Origin: a phage
Strand: one strand, 5' to 3'
Assembly (NCBI GenBank): GCA_013585095.1
Contig: GCA_013585095.1_3039.1
Length of the DNA stretch: 64,000 bases
The position numbers were made by a program, and so were the translations under genes. The number at the start of each line of letters is the position of its first letter. Within the stretch, counting starts at the first letter, position 1. The notes beneath the pieces were generated by a model. The model saw nothing but the letters and a program-made list of their open reading frames with translations. It had not been told where the DNA came from and did no database searches. Positions 27,383-37,379 of the stretch are shown here, one piece after another.

Positions 27383-27589
27383 ATGTTAAATCGCTGGATT
27401 AAACCAAATGAAGATTTAGATATTATCATTTCACGACATGTAATGAAGAAATATGAACTACAGCCATGGTCTACAGAAGTTGTTGTGCATTCATTTATGA
27501 TGTACGCAGATGGTTCTGTCGAATTTAATGCAGAGATTCGATATGATTATGGCGAGAAGCAAGTCGAATTTAAGAGAGGCTTTTTGTAA
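27383..27589 (+). CDS. hypothetical protein
   Basis: 68-aa ORF with GAGGAG SD. Confidence 0.5.
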   Translation: MLNRWIKPNEDLDIIISRHVMKKYELQPWSTEVVVHSFMMYADGSVEFNAEIRYDYGEKQVEFKRGFL

Positions 27590-28083
27590 TGTTTATCTTT
27601 AATTGGTTTAAAAGTTTCTTTACAGATTTTTTCTCTACGACTCCTGGGGAAGGTGTAGTTCCTATTTCAAATGACTACCTTCCTTTAACTGTAGTTGAGT
27701 ATGTTTATATGGGAGATGGAACAGTAGAAGCAGTTACTATGACTTATGAAGAAGCCCAAGAATATTATAAAAATCCTTGGCGCTGGTCAACACCTACTAC
27801 ATCATCTAATACACAGTCTAGTTCTGATTCATATGATACTAATGTTTATGCGAGCGACGATACGATGGAAGAAATTATTCGTCAACCAGAAAAAGCTGGT
27901 AATGTTGGTGCAGGTGCGCTTCCATTGAATTCTAAAAAGTTAAAAGAACATTTAGATTCAAGACGTTCAGAAAGCTATATCGATACCGCTCCTATTATAA
28001 CAGTCACGGCTGTTAGTTCTTGGACTGGTGATTCATGTGGAAGTTCTTGTGATTCTGGTTGTTCATCTACATCTTGCGATTGA
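27589..28083 (+). CDS. hypothetical protein with Ser/Cys-rich C-terminal tail
   Basis: 164 aa; hydrophobic N-terminus; C-terminus [22 protein letters not shown]. Confidence 0.5.
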   Translation: MFIFNWFKSFFTDFFSTTPGEGVVPISNDYLPLTVVEYVYMGDGTVEAVTMTYEEAQEYYKNPWRWSTPTTSSNTQSSSDSYDTNVYASDDTMEEIIRQPEKAGNVGAGALPLNSKKLKEHLDSRRSESYIDTAPIITVTAVSSWTGDSCGSSCDSGCSSTSCD

Positions 28084-28091
28084 GGAAAATT

Positions 28092-28577
28092 ATGGAAGCG
28101 ATTTTGTTTGAAATGTATATTAGCAGTAATAGCATGTCGTTTGCTAAAGATGTTCCAATTACTGTAGCCGTAGTGATTGATAAGGGTTATTGTAATCCTA
28201 TGTATCTCGTAGAAAATTTCGTTTCAATGCCAGTTCCAGAAGATGTTGAAATAAAACTTAAAAAGATCGGAATTATTGAAACTGTGCCAAATAGTCCGTT
28301 TAGAGCAATTGAAGCATTTACTAAATCCGAATACATTAATGTTAGCGCAGAACAATATAATGGTAATCCTTTATCTTTTTATTCGTACGATTCAGTATAT
28401 GACTGGAAAATAAATGAAGGAAATAAATTTATAATTGCGAGTGAAGATGCTTTATCATACTTTATTTATTATGTATGGAATAATTTAAATCCAAAATTGC
28501 TAAAAATTCATGAATTTGACGATGCTCCTACTATTGTTTTAGGTAAAACAAATGAAAGTTCTGAAGAAGATGCTTGA
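28092..28577 (+). CDS. hypothetical protein
   Basis: ORF-track 28059 trimmed to ATG after GAGGAAAATT; 161 aa. Confidence 0.5.
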   Translation: MEAILFEMYISSNSMSFAKDVPITVAVVIDKGYCNPMYLVENFVSMPVPEDVEIKLKKIGIIETVPNSPFRAIEAFTKSEYINVSAEQYNGNPLSFYSYDSVYDWKINEGNKFIIASEDALSYFIYYVWNNLNPKLLKIHEFDDAPTIVLGKTNESSEEDA

Positions 28578-28755
28578 ATGGTTCAGTAGACCAAACTCAA
28601 TGTATATTGATGATGGTTGGGTTGAACAGGCAAATAAAGAAATACAGAACGAGTCAGAAGAATGGATGAAATCAATGATTAGTGCTGAGAAAGAAAAGAA
28701 ATTAGAACGCTCAGCGCTTAAATTGATGAGAGACATCTATGGGGATAAATCGTGA
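28552..28755 (+). CDS. hypothetical protein
   Basis: 67-aa ORF overlapping previous 3' end. Confidence 0.4.
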   Translation: MKVLKKMLEWFSRPNSMYIDDGWVEQANKEIQNESEEWMKSMISAEKEKKLERSALKLMRDIYGDKS

Positions 28756-28763
28756 ACAGAGAT

Positions 28764-28916
28764 ATGACGCTAGAAGAGGCCAAGGCTAAAGCAAATGAAG
28801 CATTGGATTTGCTTCTTAAAATTGGCAGTAAAATGATGGAAGAAAATGAGAAATATATCCAGGAAAACAAAATTCCTGACGGCCCATTAGTAGGCAAGAG
28901 GAAATCACATGATTGA
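28764..28916 (+). CDS. hypothetical small protein (50 aa)
   Basis: read from sequence; stop overlaps next ATG. Confidence 0.3.
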   Translation: MTLEEAKAKANEALDLLLKIGSKMMEENEKYIQENKIPDGPLVGKRKSHD

Positions 28917-29379
28917 AGTAGCAAAACATTATTCAATAGAATTTATGTCCAAAGAAGGTAAATCAGTAAATACACTTGATAAAAAATGCTCGTTAATTAT
29001 TCCTTTAGCAGAAAATCCGGACATTTTAATTAAAGATATAAAAGAAAGAAAATATCCAGAAAATGTTATTCTAATTATAAAGCATACTGAAGATATTTTG
29101 CAGAATACAGATTCACCATTTTCTTCTTCTGAAGCTTTAACTATTAAAGGCTATAAAAGAGCTCATGAATATGGTCTTTTTGACATGTTTGAAGACGATA
29201 AAGTTAAATTAGCGAGTCAACCTTCTAAAAGTAAAACATTCATTATTGAAGATATTAAAGATATAAATGCATTTGTTAGGATGGTCTGGGCTCATTTTGA
29301 TGTTGGACTACGCTGGAGAATGTCTGAAGAAGAAAGAAAGATTGTTGAAGCTAATCGTCACTTTGGTTTTTATCGCTAG
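28909..29379 (+). CDS. hypothetical protein
   Basis: 156-aa ORF with AGGAAA SD. Confidence 0.5.
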   Translation: MIEVAKHYSIEFMSKEGKSVNTLDKKCSLIIPLAENPDILIKDIKERKYPENVILIIKHTEDILQNTDSPFSSSEALTIKGYKRAHEYGLFDMFEDDKVKLASQPSKSKTFIIEDIKDINAFVRMVWAHFDVGLRWRMSEEERKIVEANRHFGFYR

Positions 29380-29387
29380 GAATTAAT

Positions 29388-29570
29388 ATGGATTTATTTG
29401 AGATGTTAGAAGATAATCATTCTACGAATATCCAGAATGATTCTAGTGATTATAAGAAAGAGTACCGTATAGTATTACAGAATTATGGAATTGAAGCCCC
29501 AGATGCTCTTCTAGAAGAACTAGCTTCATACCATCTTGACCCTCCGCCTTGGGCTCCCTGGGCAAAATAA
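29388..29570 (+). CDS. hypothetical acidic protein
   Basis: 60-aa ORF. Confidence 0.45.
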   Translation: MDLFEMLEDNHSTNIQNDSSDYKKEYRIVLQNYGIEAPDALLEELASYHLDPPPWAPWAK

Positions 29571-29581
29571 TTCAAAAAGTT

Positions 29582-29611
29582 GTTTACTTTCCTTTCTAAC
29601 GATGATATGAT
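29582..29611 (+). promoter_or_regulatory. early promoter
   Basis: GTTTACT, 17 bp, TATGAT; then GGAGG SD of next gene. Confidence 0.55.
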
Positions 29612-29637
29612 AGCTTCTGAAGTATACGGAGGCTATC

Positions 29638-30261
29638 ATGATTATTAATCCTGCAGATGTTGAACAGTTATCTATAAAAGCTGAAAGCGTTGATTTTCAA
29701 TATGATATGTATAAAAAGGTCTGTGAAAAATTTACTGATTTTGAGCAGTCTGTTCTTTGGCAATGTATGGAAGCAAAAAAGAATGAAGCTCTTCACAGAC
29801 AGTTGAATAAAATCATTAAAAAGCATTTAACTAAATCGCCTTATCAATTATATCGTGGTATATCAAAATCGACAAAAGAACTTATTAAAGATTTGCAAGT
29901 TGGAGAAGTGTTTTCAACGAACAGGGTAGATTCATTTACTACTAGTTTGCATACAGCGTGTTCTTTTTCTTATGCTGAATATTTCACTGAAACAATACTT
30001 CGTTTAAAAACTGATAAAGCTTTTAATTACTCTGACCATATCAGCGATATTATACTTTCTTCTCCTAATACTGAGTTTAAGTACACGTATGAAGACACTG
30101 ATGGATTAGATTCAGAGCGTACTGATAACTTAATGATGATTGTACATGAACAAGAATGGATGATTCCAATTGGAAAGTATAAAATAACTTCTATTTCAAA
30201 AGAAAAATTACACGATTCATTTGGAACATTTAAAGTTTATGATATTGAGGTAGTTGAATGA
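29638..30261 (+). CDS. modB: ADP-ribosyltransferase (ModB-like)
   Basis: 207 aa; R-S-E triad elements: LYRGI, STS, EQEWMIP. Confidence 0.65.
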   Translation: MIINPADVEQLSIKAESVDFQYDMYKKVCEKFTDFEQSVLWQCMEAKKNEALHRQLNKIIKKHLTKSPYQLYRGISKSTKELIKDLQVGEVFSTNRVDSFTTSLHTACSFSYAEYFTETILRLKTDKAFNYSDHISDIILSSPNTEFKYTYEDTDGLDSERTDNLMMIVHEQEWMIPIGKYKITSISKEKLHDSFGTFKVYDIEVVE

Positions 30262-30860
30262 AATACTCAGTAATGCAACTAAAAGATTTTAAAATAAAAT
30301 CAATGGATGCATCGGTGCGTGCTTCTATTCGTGAAGAATTACTTTCTGAAGGGTTTAATTTATCTGAAATTGAACTTTTAATTCATTGTATTACTAATAA
30401 GCCAGATGACCATACTTGGTTAAATGAAATAATCAAATCTCGTTTGGTTCCAAACGATAAACCTCTTTGGAGAGGTGTTCCAGTCGAGACTAAGCAGGTG
30501 TTAAATCAAGGAATTGATATTATTACATTTGATAAAGTCGTATCAGCTTCATATGATAAAAATATAGCTCTACATTTTGCTTCCGGTTTAGAGTATAACA
30601 CACAAGTTATTTTTGAATTCAAAGCTCCTATGGTATTCAATTTCCAGGAGTATGCTATAAAAGCTCTACGCTGTAAAGAATACAATCCAAACTTTAAGTT
30701 TCCGGATAGCCATCGTTATCGTAATATGGAATTAGTTTCAGATGAACAAGAAGTAATGATACCAGCTGGAAGTGTATTTAGAATTGCAGATAGATATGAG
30801 TACAAAAAGTATTCAACATACACTATCTATACTCTTGATTTTGAAGGATTTAATCTATAA
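30258..30860 (+). CDS. modA: ADP-ribosyltransferase (ModA-like)
   Basis: 200 aa; LWRGV, SASYD, EQEVMIP; paralog of upstream gene. Confidence 0.65.
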   Translation: MKYSVMQLKDFKIKSMDASVRASIREELLSEGFNLSEIELLIHCITNKPDDHTWLNEIIKSRLVPNDKPLWRGVPVETKQVLNQGIDIITFDKVVSASYDKNIALHFASGLEYNTQVIFEFKAPMVFNFQEYAIKALRCKEYNPNFKFPDSHRYRNMELVSDEQEVMIPAGSVFRIADRYEYKKYSTYTIYTLDFEGFNL

Positions 30861-30916
30861 TGGAAGGACTTAGATTCATTATACCATGAAATTTTTAAAG
30901 CATTTTTCATAAAGTT

Positions 30917-30946
30917 GTTTACAAGCTGAAGTAAAAATGTTATAGT
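30917..30946 (+). promoter_or_regulatory. early promoter
   Basis: GTTTACA, 17 bp, TATAGT. Confidence 0.6.
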
Positions 30947-30983
30947 ATAAGTAGTTAACCCGTCCGTAAGATGTGAGAAAAAT

Positions 30984-31730
30984 ATGAAGCTGTCTAATAA
31001 CCAAATTCGTAAAATTAAACGTCGTTTAGAGCATACTCAGGCATCTGCAAAAAGACGTTCTAAAGATTTTAACTTAGACTTCAATTACATTAAGAACATT
31101 TTAGATCAAAAAGTTTGTGCTTACTCGGGAGAACCTTTTGATAATCGTATTGAAGGCGAGAAATTATCATTAGAACGTTTTGATAATAACGTTGGATACA
31201 TTAAAGGGAATGTTATTGCAGTAAAGAAAAAGTATAATACATTTCGTTCTGATTATACTTTAGAAGAGTTGATTGAAAAGCGTGATTTATTTGCTTTGCG
31301 AATTGGTCGTTCATCTGCGAAAAAAGTTCATAAACTAAATTTAGATGAAAAGAAATGGGCTAAAATCAAAAAGACTTATAATCAAATTAAAGCTATACAG
31401 AAAAAACGTGAAAACCGAATTGAGCACATTTCTCAGCTTTCTAAATCAAAACAAACCTCTGACATTAAGCTAAGAATTATAGCACTTAAAGCTCGTATTG
31501 ATGGTTCTCGTATAGCAGAAGGCGCTGAAGTTGTTAAATTGAACGTTCTTCTTAAAGGCTCGGATTGGAAAATTGTGAAAAAGTTGTCAGAAGCAGAAAT
31601 GCAATATGATATGTGTGATAAAATTATTCAAGGTGTAGAGCGGTATCAAAACTTGTCTTTTATTGATAAACTTAAACTGAAAAGAGGATATCCGCTGAAT
31701 TGTTCAATTTTTAAACTTATCCGAGGATAA
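30984..31730 (+). CDS. hypothetical protein at the T4 srd position, with a degenerate HNH-like segment
   Basis: 248 aa; segment CAYSGEPF..LSLERFDNNVGYIKGNV resembles an HNH core but lacks the histidines. Confidence 0.45.
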   Translation: MKLSNNQIRKIKRRLEHTQASAKRRSKDFNLDFNYIKNILDQKVCAYSGEPFDNRIEGEKLSLERFDNNVGYIKGNVIAVKKKYNTFRSDYTLEELIEKRDLFALRIGRSSAKKVHKLNLDEKKWAKIKKTYNQIKAIQKKRENRIEHISQLSKSKQTSDIKLRIIALKARIDGSRIAEGAEVVKLNVLLKGSDWKIVKKLSEAEMQYDMCDKIIQGVERYQNLSFIDKLKLKRGYPLNCSIFKLIRG

Positions 31731-31731
31731 T

Positions 31732-32043
31732 ATGTTTTATGTATATGCGATAGTGTATAGAGATAAAGATGGATTTGCGGTGCCTGTTCCTCTTGATGAA
31801 CATCGTCCTGCTGTATTTTTTGAAAGGGAGATTGCTGATAAAGTATTTACTACTCTTAAAGAGCAGTATCGACTAGCTTTAGGTATGGGAATTCCGAGAT
31901 TAGTTGAGACTCCACGCAAGTTTTGGTTTAATAAAATAGAAGTTAAACATGTTAAGCCTGATGTAGACACGCAAAGATTATATCAACGAATTCTAGATAC
32001 TGGGCGTATTGTTAGTATTCCAATTGCAGGGACTTTCCGATGA
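31732..32043 (+). CDS. hypothetical protein (T4 dda.1 position)
   Basis: 103-aa ORF; stop overlaps dda start. Confidence 0.5.
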   Translation: MFYVYAIVYRDKDGFAVPVPLDEHRPAVFFEREIADKVFTTLKEQYRLALGMGIPRLVETPRKFWFNKIEVKHVKPDVDTQRLYQRILDTGRIVSIPIAGTFR

Positions 32044-33359
32044 CATTTGATGATTTGACAGAAGGCCAGAAAAATGCCTTTAACATCGTTATGAGGGCTA
32101 TTAAAGAAAAGAAACATCATGTAACTATTAATGGACCTGCTGGTACTGGTAAGACTACTCTTACAAAATTCATCATTGAAGCTTTAATATCTACGGGTGA
32201 AACTGGTATTATTTTAGCAGCTCCTACTCATGCAGCTAAAAAGATTCTTTCAAAACTGTCGGGGAAAGAAGCGAGTACTATTCACAGTATTCTTAAAATT
32301 AACCCAGTTACGTATGAAGAAAACGTTCTTTTTGAACAAAAAGAAGTACCAGATTTAGCTAAATGTAGGGTATTAATCTGCGACGAAGTGTCAATGTATG
32401 ATAGAAAGCTCTTCAAAATTTTGCTTTCAACTATCCCACCGTGGTGTACTATAATTGGAATAGGCGATAATAAGCAAATTAGACCTGTTGACCCAGGAGA
32501 AAATACTGCTTATATCAGTCCATTCTTTACACACAAAGATTTTTATCAGTGTGAACTTACTGAAGTTAAACGCAGTAATGCTCCTATTATTGATGTAGCT
32601 ACTGATGTTCGCAACGGTAAGTGGATTTATGATAAAGTTGTTGACGGGCATGGAGTACGTGGATTTACTGGTGATACCGCTTTACGCGATTTTATGGTAA
32701 ATTATTTTTCAATCGTAAAATCATTAGATGATTTGTTTGAAAATCGCGTAATGGCATTTACGAATAAATCTGTTGACAAGTTAAATAGCATTATTCGTAA
32801 AAAGATTTTTGAAACTGATAAAGATTTTATTGTTGGTGAAATTATTGTAATGCAGGAACCATTAATTAAAACATATAAAATTGATGGAAAGCCTGTGTCA
32901 GAAATTATTTTTAATAACGGACAATTAGTTCGTATTATAGAAGCAGAGTATACATCAACGTTTGTTAAAGCTCGTGGTGTTCCTGGAGAATACTTAATTC
33001 GTCATTGGGATTTAACAGTAGAAACTTATGGCGATGATGAATATTATCGTGAAAAGATTAAAATAATTTCATCTGATGAAGAGTTATATAAGTTTAACCT
33101 GTTTTTAGGTAAAACGGCAGAAACTTATAAAAATTGGAATAAAGGCGGAAAGGTTCCGTGGAGTGATTTTTGGGATGCTAAATCACAGTTTAGTAAAGTG
33201 AAAGCACTTCCTGCATCAACATTCCATAAAGCTCAGGGTATGTCTGTAGACCGTGCTTTCATTTATACGCCTTGTATTCATTATGCAGATGCTGAACTAG
33301 CTCAGCAGCTTCTTTATGTTGGTGTAACACGTGGTCGTTATGATGTGTTTTATGTGTGA
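32040..33359 (+). CDS. dda: SF1 DNA helicase Dda
   Basis: 439 aa; Walker A GPAGTGKTT, motif II CDEVSM. Confidence 0.92.
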   Translation: MTFDDLTEGQKNAFNIVMRAIKEKKHHVTINGPAGTGKTTLTKFIIEALISTGETGIILAAPTHAAKKILSKLSGKEASTIHSILKINPVTYEENVLFEQKEVPDLAKCRVLICDEVSMYDRKLFKILLSTIPPWCTIIGIGDNKQIRPVDPGENTAYISPFFTHKDFYQCELTEVKRSNAPIIDVATDVRNGKWIYDKVVDGHGVRGFTGDTALRDFMVNYFSIVKSLDDLFENRVMAFTNKSVDKLNSIIRKKIFETDKDFIVGEIIVMQEPLIKTYKIDGKPVSEIIFNNGQLVRIIEAEYTSTFVKARGVPGEYLIRHWDLTVETYGDDEYYREKIKIISSDEELYKFNLFLGKTAETYKNWNKGGKVPWSDFWDAKSQFSKVKALPASTFHKAQGMSVDRAFIYTPCIHYADAELAQQLLYVGVTRGRYDVFYV

Positions 33360-33365
33360 GGCTAT

Positions 33366-33626
33366 ATGATTAACATCAATTCAAAATATTTAAATCGTCT
33401 AATAGATGGTATAAGGAAGCATACTAATAAGCAAGATAATCTCGATGTTATGGTAACAGGAGCTGAGCTCCTTCATAAGCTTTATCTTATAAGTGATACT
33501 ATATTAGCAATTAAACGAATTGAAAAACAATCATATCACAGTAATACAGATACGGTAATTACACTAGATGAAAGTGTCTGTAAATTACTAATTAAATTTG
33601 AGGAAGCTATTCGTGGAAATAACTAA
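33366..33626 (+). CDS. hypothetical protein
   Basis: 86-aa ORF. Confidence 0.45.
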   Translation: MININSKYLNRLIDGIRKHTNKQDNLDVMVTGAELLHKLYLISDTILAIKRIEKQSYHSNTDTVITLDESVCKLLIKFEEAIRGNN

Positions 33627-33858
33627 AGATCAGTTTTATCTTCTTCAGGATAAAGTTAGCGAAATTTATGAATTAGCTTATAGTAAAAATCGTAGAAATG
33701 TAAAAATTGAATCTGGAAAGTTAATGCTTCAATTAGAAGAAATTGAACGAGATTTAATTGCGTTAGAATTCTTTTGTGGTGAAGTGAAAACTGTCACAAT
33801 CTGTGATTATGTTTTAGGTGAAATTAGCCATCTTTATGAGGCGATTATTAATGATTGA
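33613..33858 (+). CDS. hypothetical protein (start uncertain)
   Basis: ORF-track 33598 (TTG); GTG at 33613 after GAGGAAG is an alternative start. Confidence 0.35.
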   Translation: MEITKDQFYLLQDKVSEIYELAYSKNRRNVKIESGKLMLQLEEIERDLIALEFFCGEVKTVTICDYVLGEISHLYEAIIND

Positions 33859-34093
33859 ATTAAGTTGGTACCAGTTTAAATCTCTTATGACAAATGTTAA
33901 AGCTGTCATTCAAGAAAATCCAGGACCTGATAATGTTACTATTCGCGAAAAAGCTTCAAAGATAGTATACAGTCTTGAAGAGATACAAAAAGACATTGAA
34001 TCTATGGCAAAATTTATTGATGAGCCTATTAATAAAGTTTATATTCAAGACTATACTGTAGGTCAAATTCGTGATTTAGCGAGGAAAATTTAA
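33851..34093 (+). CDS. hypothetical protein
   Basis: ORF-track 33818 trimmed to ATG after GAGG; similar to the preceding two ORFs. Confidence 0.4.
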   Translation: MIELSWYQFKSLMTNVKAVIQENPGPDNVTIREKASKIVYSLEEIQKDIESMAKFIDEPINKVYIQDYTVGQIRDLARKI

Positions 34094-34776
34094 TGTTTGA
34101 TTTTATTATAGATTTTGAAACAATGGGAAGCGGTGAAAAAGCAGCTGTTATTGATTTGGCTGTAATTGCTTTTGACCCTAACCCAGAAGTAGTTGAAACA
34201 TTTGATGAATTAGTTTCACGTGGCATTAAAATCAAATTTGATTTAAAAAGCCAAAAAGGACATCGTCTTTTTACTAAAAGCACTATCGAATGGTGGAAAA
34301 ATCAATCTCCTGAAGCTCGAAAAAATATTGCACCATCCGATGAAGATGTAAGCACTATCGACGGTATTGTAAAATTTAATGATTACATCAATGCACATAA
34401 TATCGATCCTTGGAAATCTCAAGGCTGGTGCCGTGGAATGTCGTTTGATTTTCCAATTTTAGTCGATCTCATTCGTGATATTCAACGTCTTAATGGTGTT
34501 TCTGAGAATGAGCTTGACACATTTAAGTTAGAACCATGTAAATTCTGGAATCAGCGTGATATTCGTACCAGAATTGAAGCACTTCTGCTTGTTCGTGATA
34601 TGACAACATGTCCTCTTCCAAAGGGAACCTTAGATGGATTCGTTGCGCATGATTCTATTCATGACTGTGCGAAAGACATCCTGATGATGAAGTATGCTTT
34701 GCGATACGCTATGGGTCTTGAAGATGCTCCGTCAGAGGAAGAGTGCGATCCTCTGTCTCTTCCAACAAAACGATAA
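34093..34776 (+). CDS. dexA: exonuclease A (DEDD 3'-5' exonuclease)
   Basis: 227 aa; N-terminal FIIDFETMG motif. Confidence 0.88.
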   Translation: MFDFIIDFETMGSGEKAAVIDLAVIAFDPNPEVVETFDELVSRGIKIKFDLKSQKGHRLFTKSTIEWWKNQSPEARKNIAPSDEDVSTIDGIVKFNDYINAHNIDPWKSQGWCRGMSFDFPILVDLIRDIQRLNGVSENELDTFKLEPCKFWNQRDIRTRIEALLLVRDMTTCPLPKGTLDGFVAHDSIHDCAKDILMMKYALRYAMGLEDAPSEEECDPLSLPTKR

Positions 34777-34782
34777 AAAGTT

Positions 34783-34812
34783 GTTTACTTCCTCGGTTAG
34801 TTGTGGTATTAT
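34783..34812 (+). promoter_or_regulatory. early promoter
   Basis: GTTTACT, 17 bp, TGG-TATTAT. Confidence 0.6.
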
Positions 34813-34839
34813 AACACCATAGCTACTGAGGATAATAAA

Positions 34840-35343
34840 ATGAAAATTTATCGTGTTGAATCATCATTTAGTATTCTTAATTATGAAGATGCTATAACAA
34901 TACGTCGAGATCTTTGTGTTCAAATAACGCCATACAGGAGTATAATGGATTCATGGAGCGAAGAGTGGTTATTACACGTAGGTTATGACAGACCTAATTT
35001 TATGCATCATAGTAATGATAATAAAAGAATTCCTCTTCCGCACGAAGACAAACTATTAGTTAAAAATGCTAATATAGCAATTAATACTAATTTTGAGAAA
35101 GAAGAATATGTAGGCGTAGATCACTATATTCCAGGATGGTTTATAGCTCTTTATCATTTTGCTTTTGCTAGTGAATATGATATGATGAGATGGTTCACAC
35201 GAGAAGAGCGTGAAGAATTAGCTTCTAAAGGATTTTATCTTGCTGTATACGAAGTACCTGAAGATAAAGTTATCATTGGTGGGCATCAAGTAATGTTCCG
35301 TAAATCCCATGCCGAATTAAAAGGCTTTATTACCTTAGATTAA
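34840..35343 (+). CDS. hypothetical protein
   Basis: ORF-track 34801 (TTG) trimmed to ATG after GAGGA; 167 aa. Confidence 0.5.
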   Translation: MKIYRVESSFSILNYEDAITIRRDLCVQITPYRSIMDSWSEEWLLHVGYDRPNFMHHSNDNKRIPLPHEDKLLVKNANIAINTNFEKEEYVGVDHYIPGWFIALYHFAFASEYDMMRWFTREEREELASKGFYLAVYEVPEDKVIIGGHQVMFRKSHAELKGFITLD

Positions 35344-35353
35344 AGAGAAAATT

Positions 35354-35791
35354 ATGATTAAAAATAATGCTGTTTATCAATTGAAAAAATTTGATGAAAT
35401 TAAGAATTTTTCGGTACTGTCTAATACAGCTCATAATAAGTTTTGTGAACTTCTTGGTTTAACTGGCGGATATCCTTTTACTGTTATTAGTGTTAATAGC
35501 GGAATTCTTATCGGTATGATGTATATTGAAATTAGAAACTATTATGGAATGGTATCACCGCTTATTATTTATGAAAAAGATTTTAGTCTATTGACAGAAA
35601 TTGAAAAACCTGAAGATCCAACTGATCTACTGTGTAAGGCAGTTTATATTCGTCGTCCATTCGCGAATCCTGTGGGTGGATGGGTGACTGATCAGTGGAT
35701 TGAAGATGGTGTTGAACTTCTGAACGTAGTTCATGCTGGAGAGTACTCTGTAGTTCCTCGCAGCGCAGTGATTAATGTTCGTGTAAGCTAG
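35354..35791 (+). CDS. hypothetical protein, paralogous C-terminus to next gene
   Basis: 145 aa; C-terminal TDQWIEDGVELLNVVHAGEYSVVP. Confidence 0.5.
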   Translation: MIKNNAVYQLKKFDEIKNFSVLSNTAHNKFCELLGLTGGYPFTVISVNSGILIGMMYIEIRNYYGMVSPLIIYEKDFSLLTEIEKPEDPTDLLCKAVYIRRPFANPVGGWVTDQWIEDGVELLNVVHAGEYSVVPRSAVINVRVS

Positions 35792-35820
35792 TTTACAAAC
35801 TCTTGGGACCAGAGTATAAT
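35791..35820 (+). promoter_or_regulatory. early promoter with stem-loop, starts at upstream stop codon
   Basis: TAG-TTTACA, 17 bp, TATAAT; inverted repeat GGACCA/TGGTCC around the -10. Confidence 0.6.
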
Positions 35821-35864
35821 GGTCCTGCGGAGTATAAAATCTTTTTAACAAGTGAGAGATAACT

Positions 35865-36356
35865 ATGATTATTAATATTGGTGAATTAGCTCGTGTATCT
35901 GATAAATCCCGCTCTAAAGCAGCAGGAAAATTGGTCGAAGTTGTAAGCATTCAGCTTAAACACGGTGTTAAAGATGAAGATTCTGAAGTAAAAGTGCGTA
36001 TCATTCCTAAAGATGGAAAGTCTAAAACTCAGTTTGGCTATGTTCGTGCGAAATTTCTTGAATCTGCGTTTTTGAAAGCTGTTCCTGCTAAAGGAATTGA
36101 AACGATTGATACTTCGCATGTAGGTGTAGACTTTAAGTGGAAACTCGGTCAGGCTATTAAGTTCGTTGCTCCTTATGAGTTTGAATTTACTGAAGGTGAG
36201 GAAGGTGTTGTTAACCGTACTCGCGCTATGTGTGCATACATTACTGATCAATGGGTAGAAGATGGCGTTAAGTTATACAACGCGGTATTTTTAGGAACAT
36301 ACAAAGTCATTCCTGAAAGTTGGATTAAACACTACAGCAAAGCTCGCTATGCATAA
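35865..36356 (+). CDS. MotB-like protein (by size and position)
   Basis: 163 aa; C-terminal TDQWVEDGVKLYNAVFLGTYKVIP. Confidence 0.45.
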   Translation: MIINIGELARVSDKSRSKAAGKLVEVVSIQLKHGVKDEDSEVKVRIIPKDGKSKTQFGYVRAKFLESAFLKAVPAKGIETIDTSHVGVDFKWKLGQAIKFVAPYEFEFTEGEEGVVNRTRAMCAYITDQWVEDGVKLYNAVFLGTYKVIPESWIKHYSKARYA

Positions 36357-36362
36357 AGTTTA

Positions 36363-36453
36363 AAATTTTTTCATAAAACTATATACATCAGTAGTTGATT
36401 ATGGTACTATATCAATATCAACTACTGATACAGAAAACAACTTGGAGAATAAA
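36363..36453 (+). promoter_or_regulatory. promoter-leader cassette copy 2 (degenerate -35)
   Basis: TTTTTTCATAAAAC..ATATAC, 17 bp, TACTAT, leader ATCAATATCAACTACTGATACAGAA..GGAG..AAAATG. Confidence 0.5.
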
Positions 36454-36723
36454 ATGGAAAATTTAATTATCATCGAGCAATCTTTCAATGATTATGGTAT
36501 GGCTTACGGTTATCGTGCGATAATGGAAGATTCTCGTGGATGTGTTATCGATATTGCTGAATGTAAAGATTTACTGCAGCTTTTGAAGATTGTTCGCAAA
36601 AATTGGGATTGTGAAAACATTAAAGCTCGTGTTGTAACGGAAGAAGAAACTGTTTTTCATGATGTAAAATTCGCTAAAGGTGCTGCTACTCTTCTGAAAC
36701 GCATCGCTCCACTGTTCAATTAA
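36454..36723 (+). CDS. hypothetical protein
   Basis: ORF-track 36442 (TTG) trimmed to ATG; 89 aa. Confidence 0.5.
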   Translation: MENLIIIEQSFNDYGMAYGYRAIMEDSRGCVIDIAECKDLLQLLKIVRKNWDCENIKARVVTEEETVFHDVKFAKGAATLLKRIAPLFN

Positions 36724-36736
36724 TGAGGAAATTGTA

Positions 36737-36952
36737 ATGAAACGTAAAATTGTTCAGAATTGCACTAATGACGAATTTGAAGATGTATTATTCGATCCAG
36801 ATTTGGTAGTAGTTCAAAAAGAACATACCGTTAAGTTTACTCACTTGACTTCGGTTTATGTGTATGAAAAGGTTGGTGATAAACAACCAATTTACGGTGT
36901 ATTTCGTGAAATTACTGAAGATGGCACAACTTACTGGAAGGAAACTTATTAA
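36737..36952 (+). CDS. hypothetical protein (T4 cef position)
   Basis: 71-aa ORF. Confidence 0.4.
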   Translation: MKRKIVQNCTNDEFEDVLFDPDLVVVQKEHTVKFTHLTSVYVYEKVGDKQPIYGVFREITEDGTTYWKETY

Positions 36953-37377
36953 TGGCTATTAGATTTGAAGTTAATAAATGGTATCAATTTAAAAATAAAC
37001 AAGCTCAAGAAAATTTTATTAAAGATCATACTGATAACGGAATCTATGCACGCCGTTTAGGTATGCATCCTTTTAAAATTTTAGATGTTGACCATCTTGG
37101 TCGTCCTACTAAAATTGTGACATCTACTGGCACAATTGGATATGCAACACATGGTGATATCCTTGACGAAAACTTTATCTGGCTCTCTACTAACGAAGCC
37201 GAGTTCTTTGATGAAGTGGAAAATCCATATCAGGCAGCTGAAGAGCAAGAGCAGGAAGAGAAAGAGCAAGAACAAATAGAAGATTTCACAGAATTCCCAG
37301 TCATGAAAGTTACTATTGAAAATAATGAACAGGCATGGTCCTTGTATCAGATGTTGAAAGCTCACTTTAAGGAATAA
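36952..37377 (+). CDS. hypothetical protein with acidic [12 protein letters not shown] stretch (T4 goF position)
   Basis: 141-aa ORF. Confidence 0.4.
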   Translation: MAIRFEVNKWYQFKNKQAQENFIKDHTDNGIYARRLGMHPFKILDVDHLGRPTKIVTSTGTIGYATHGDILDENFIWLSTNEAEFFDEVENPYQAAEEQEQEEKEQEQIEDFTEFPVMKVTIENNEQAWSLYQMLKAHFKE

Positions 37378-37379
37378 TT

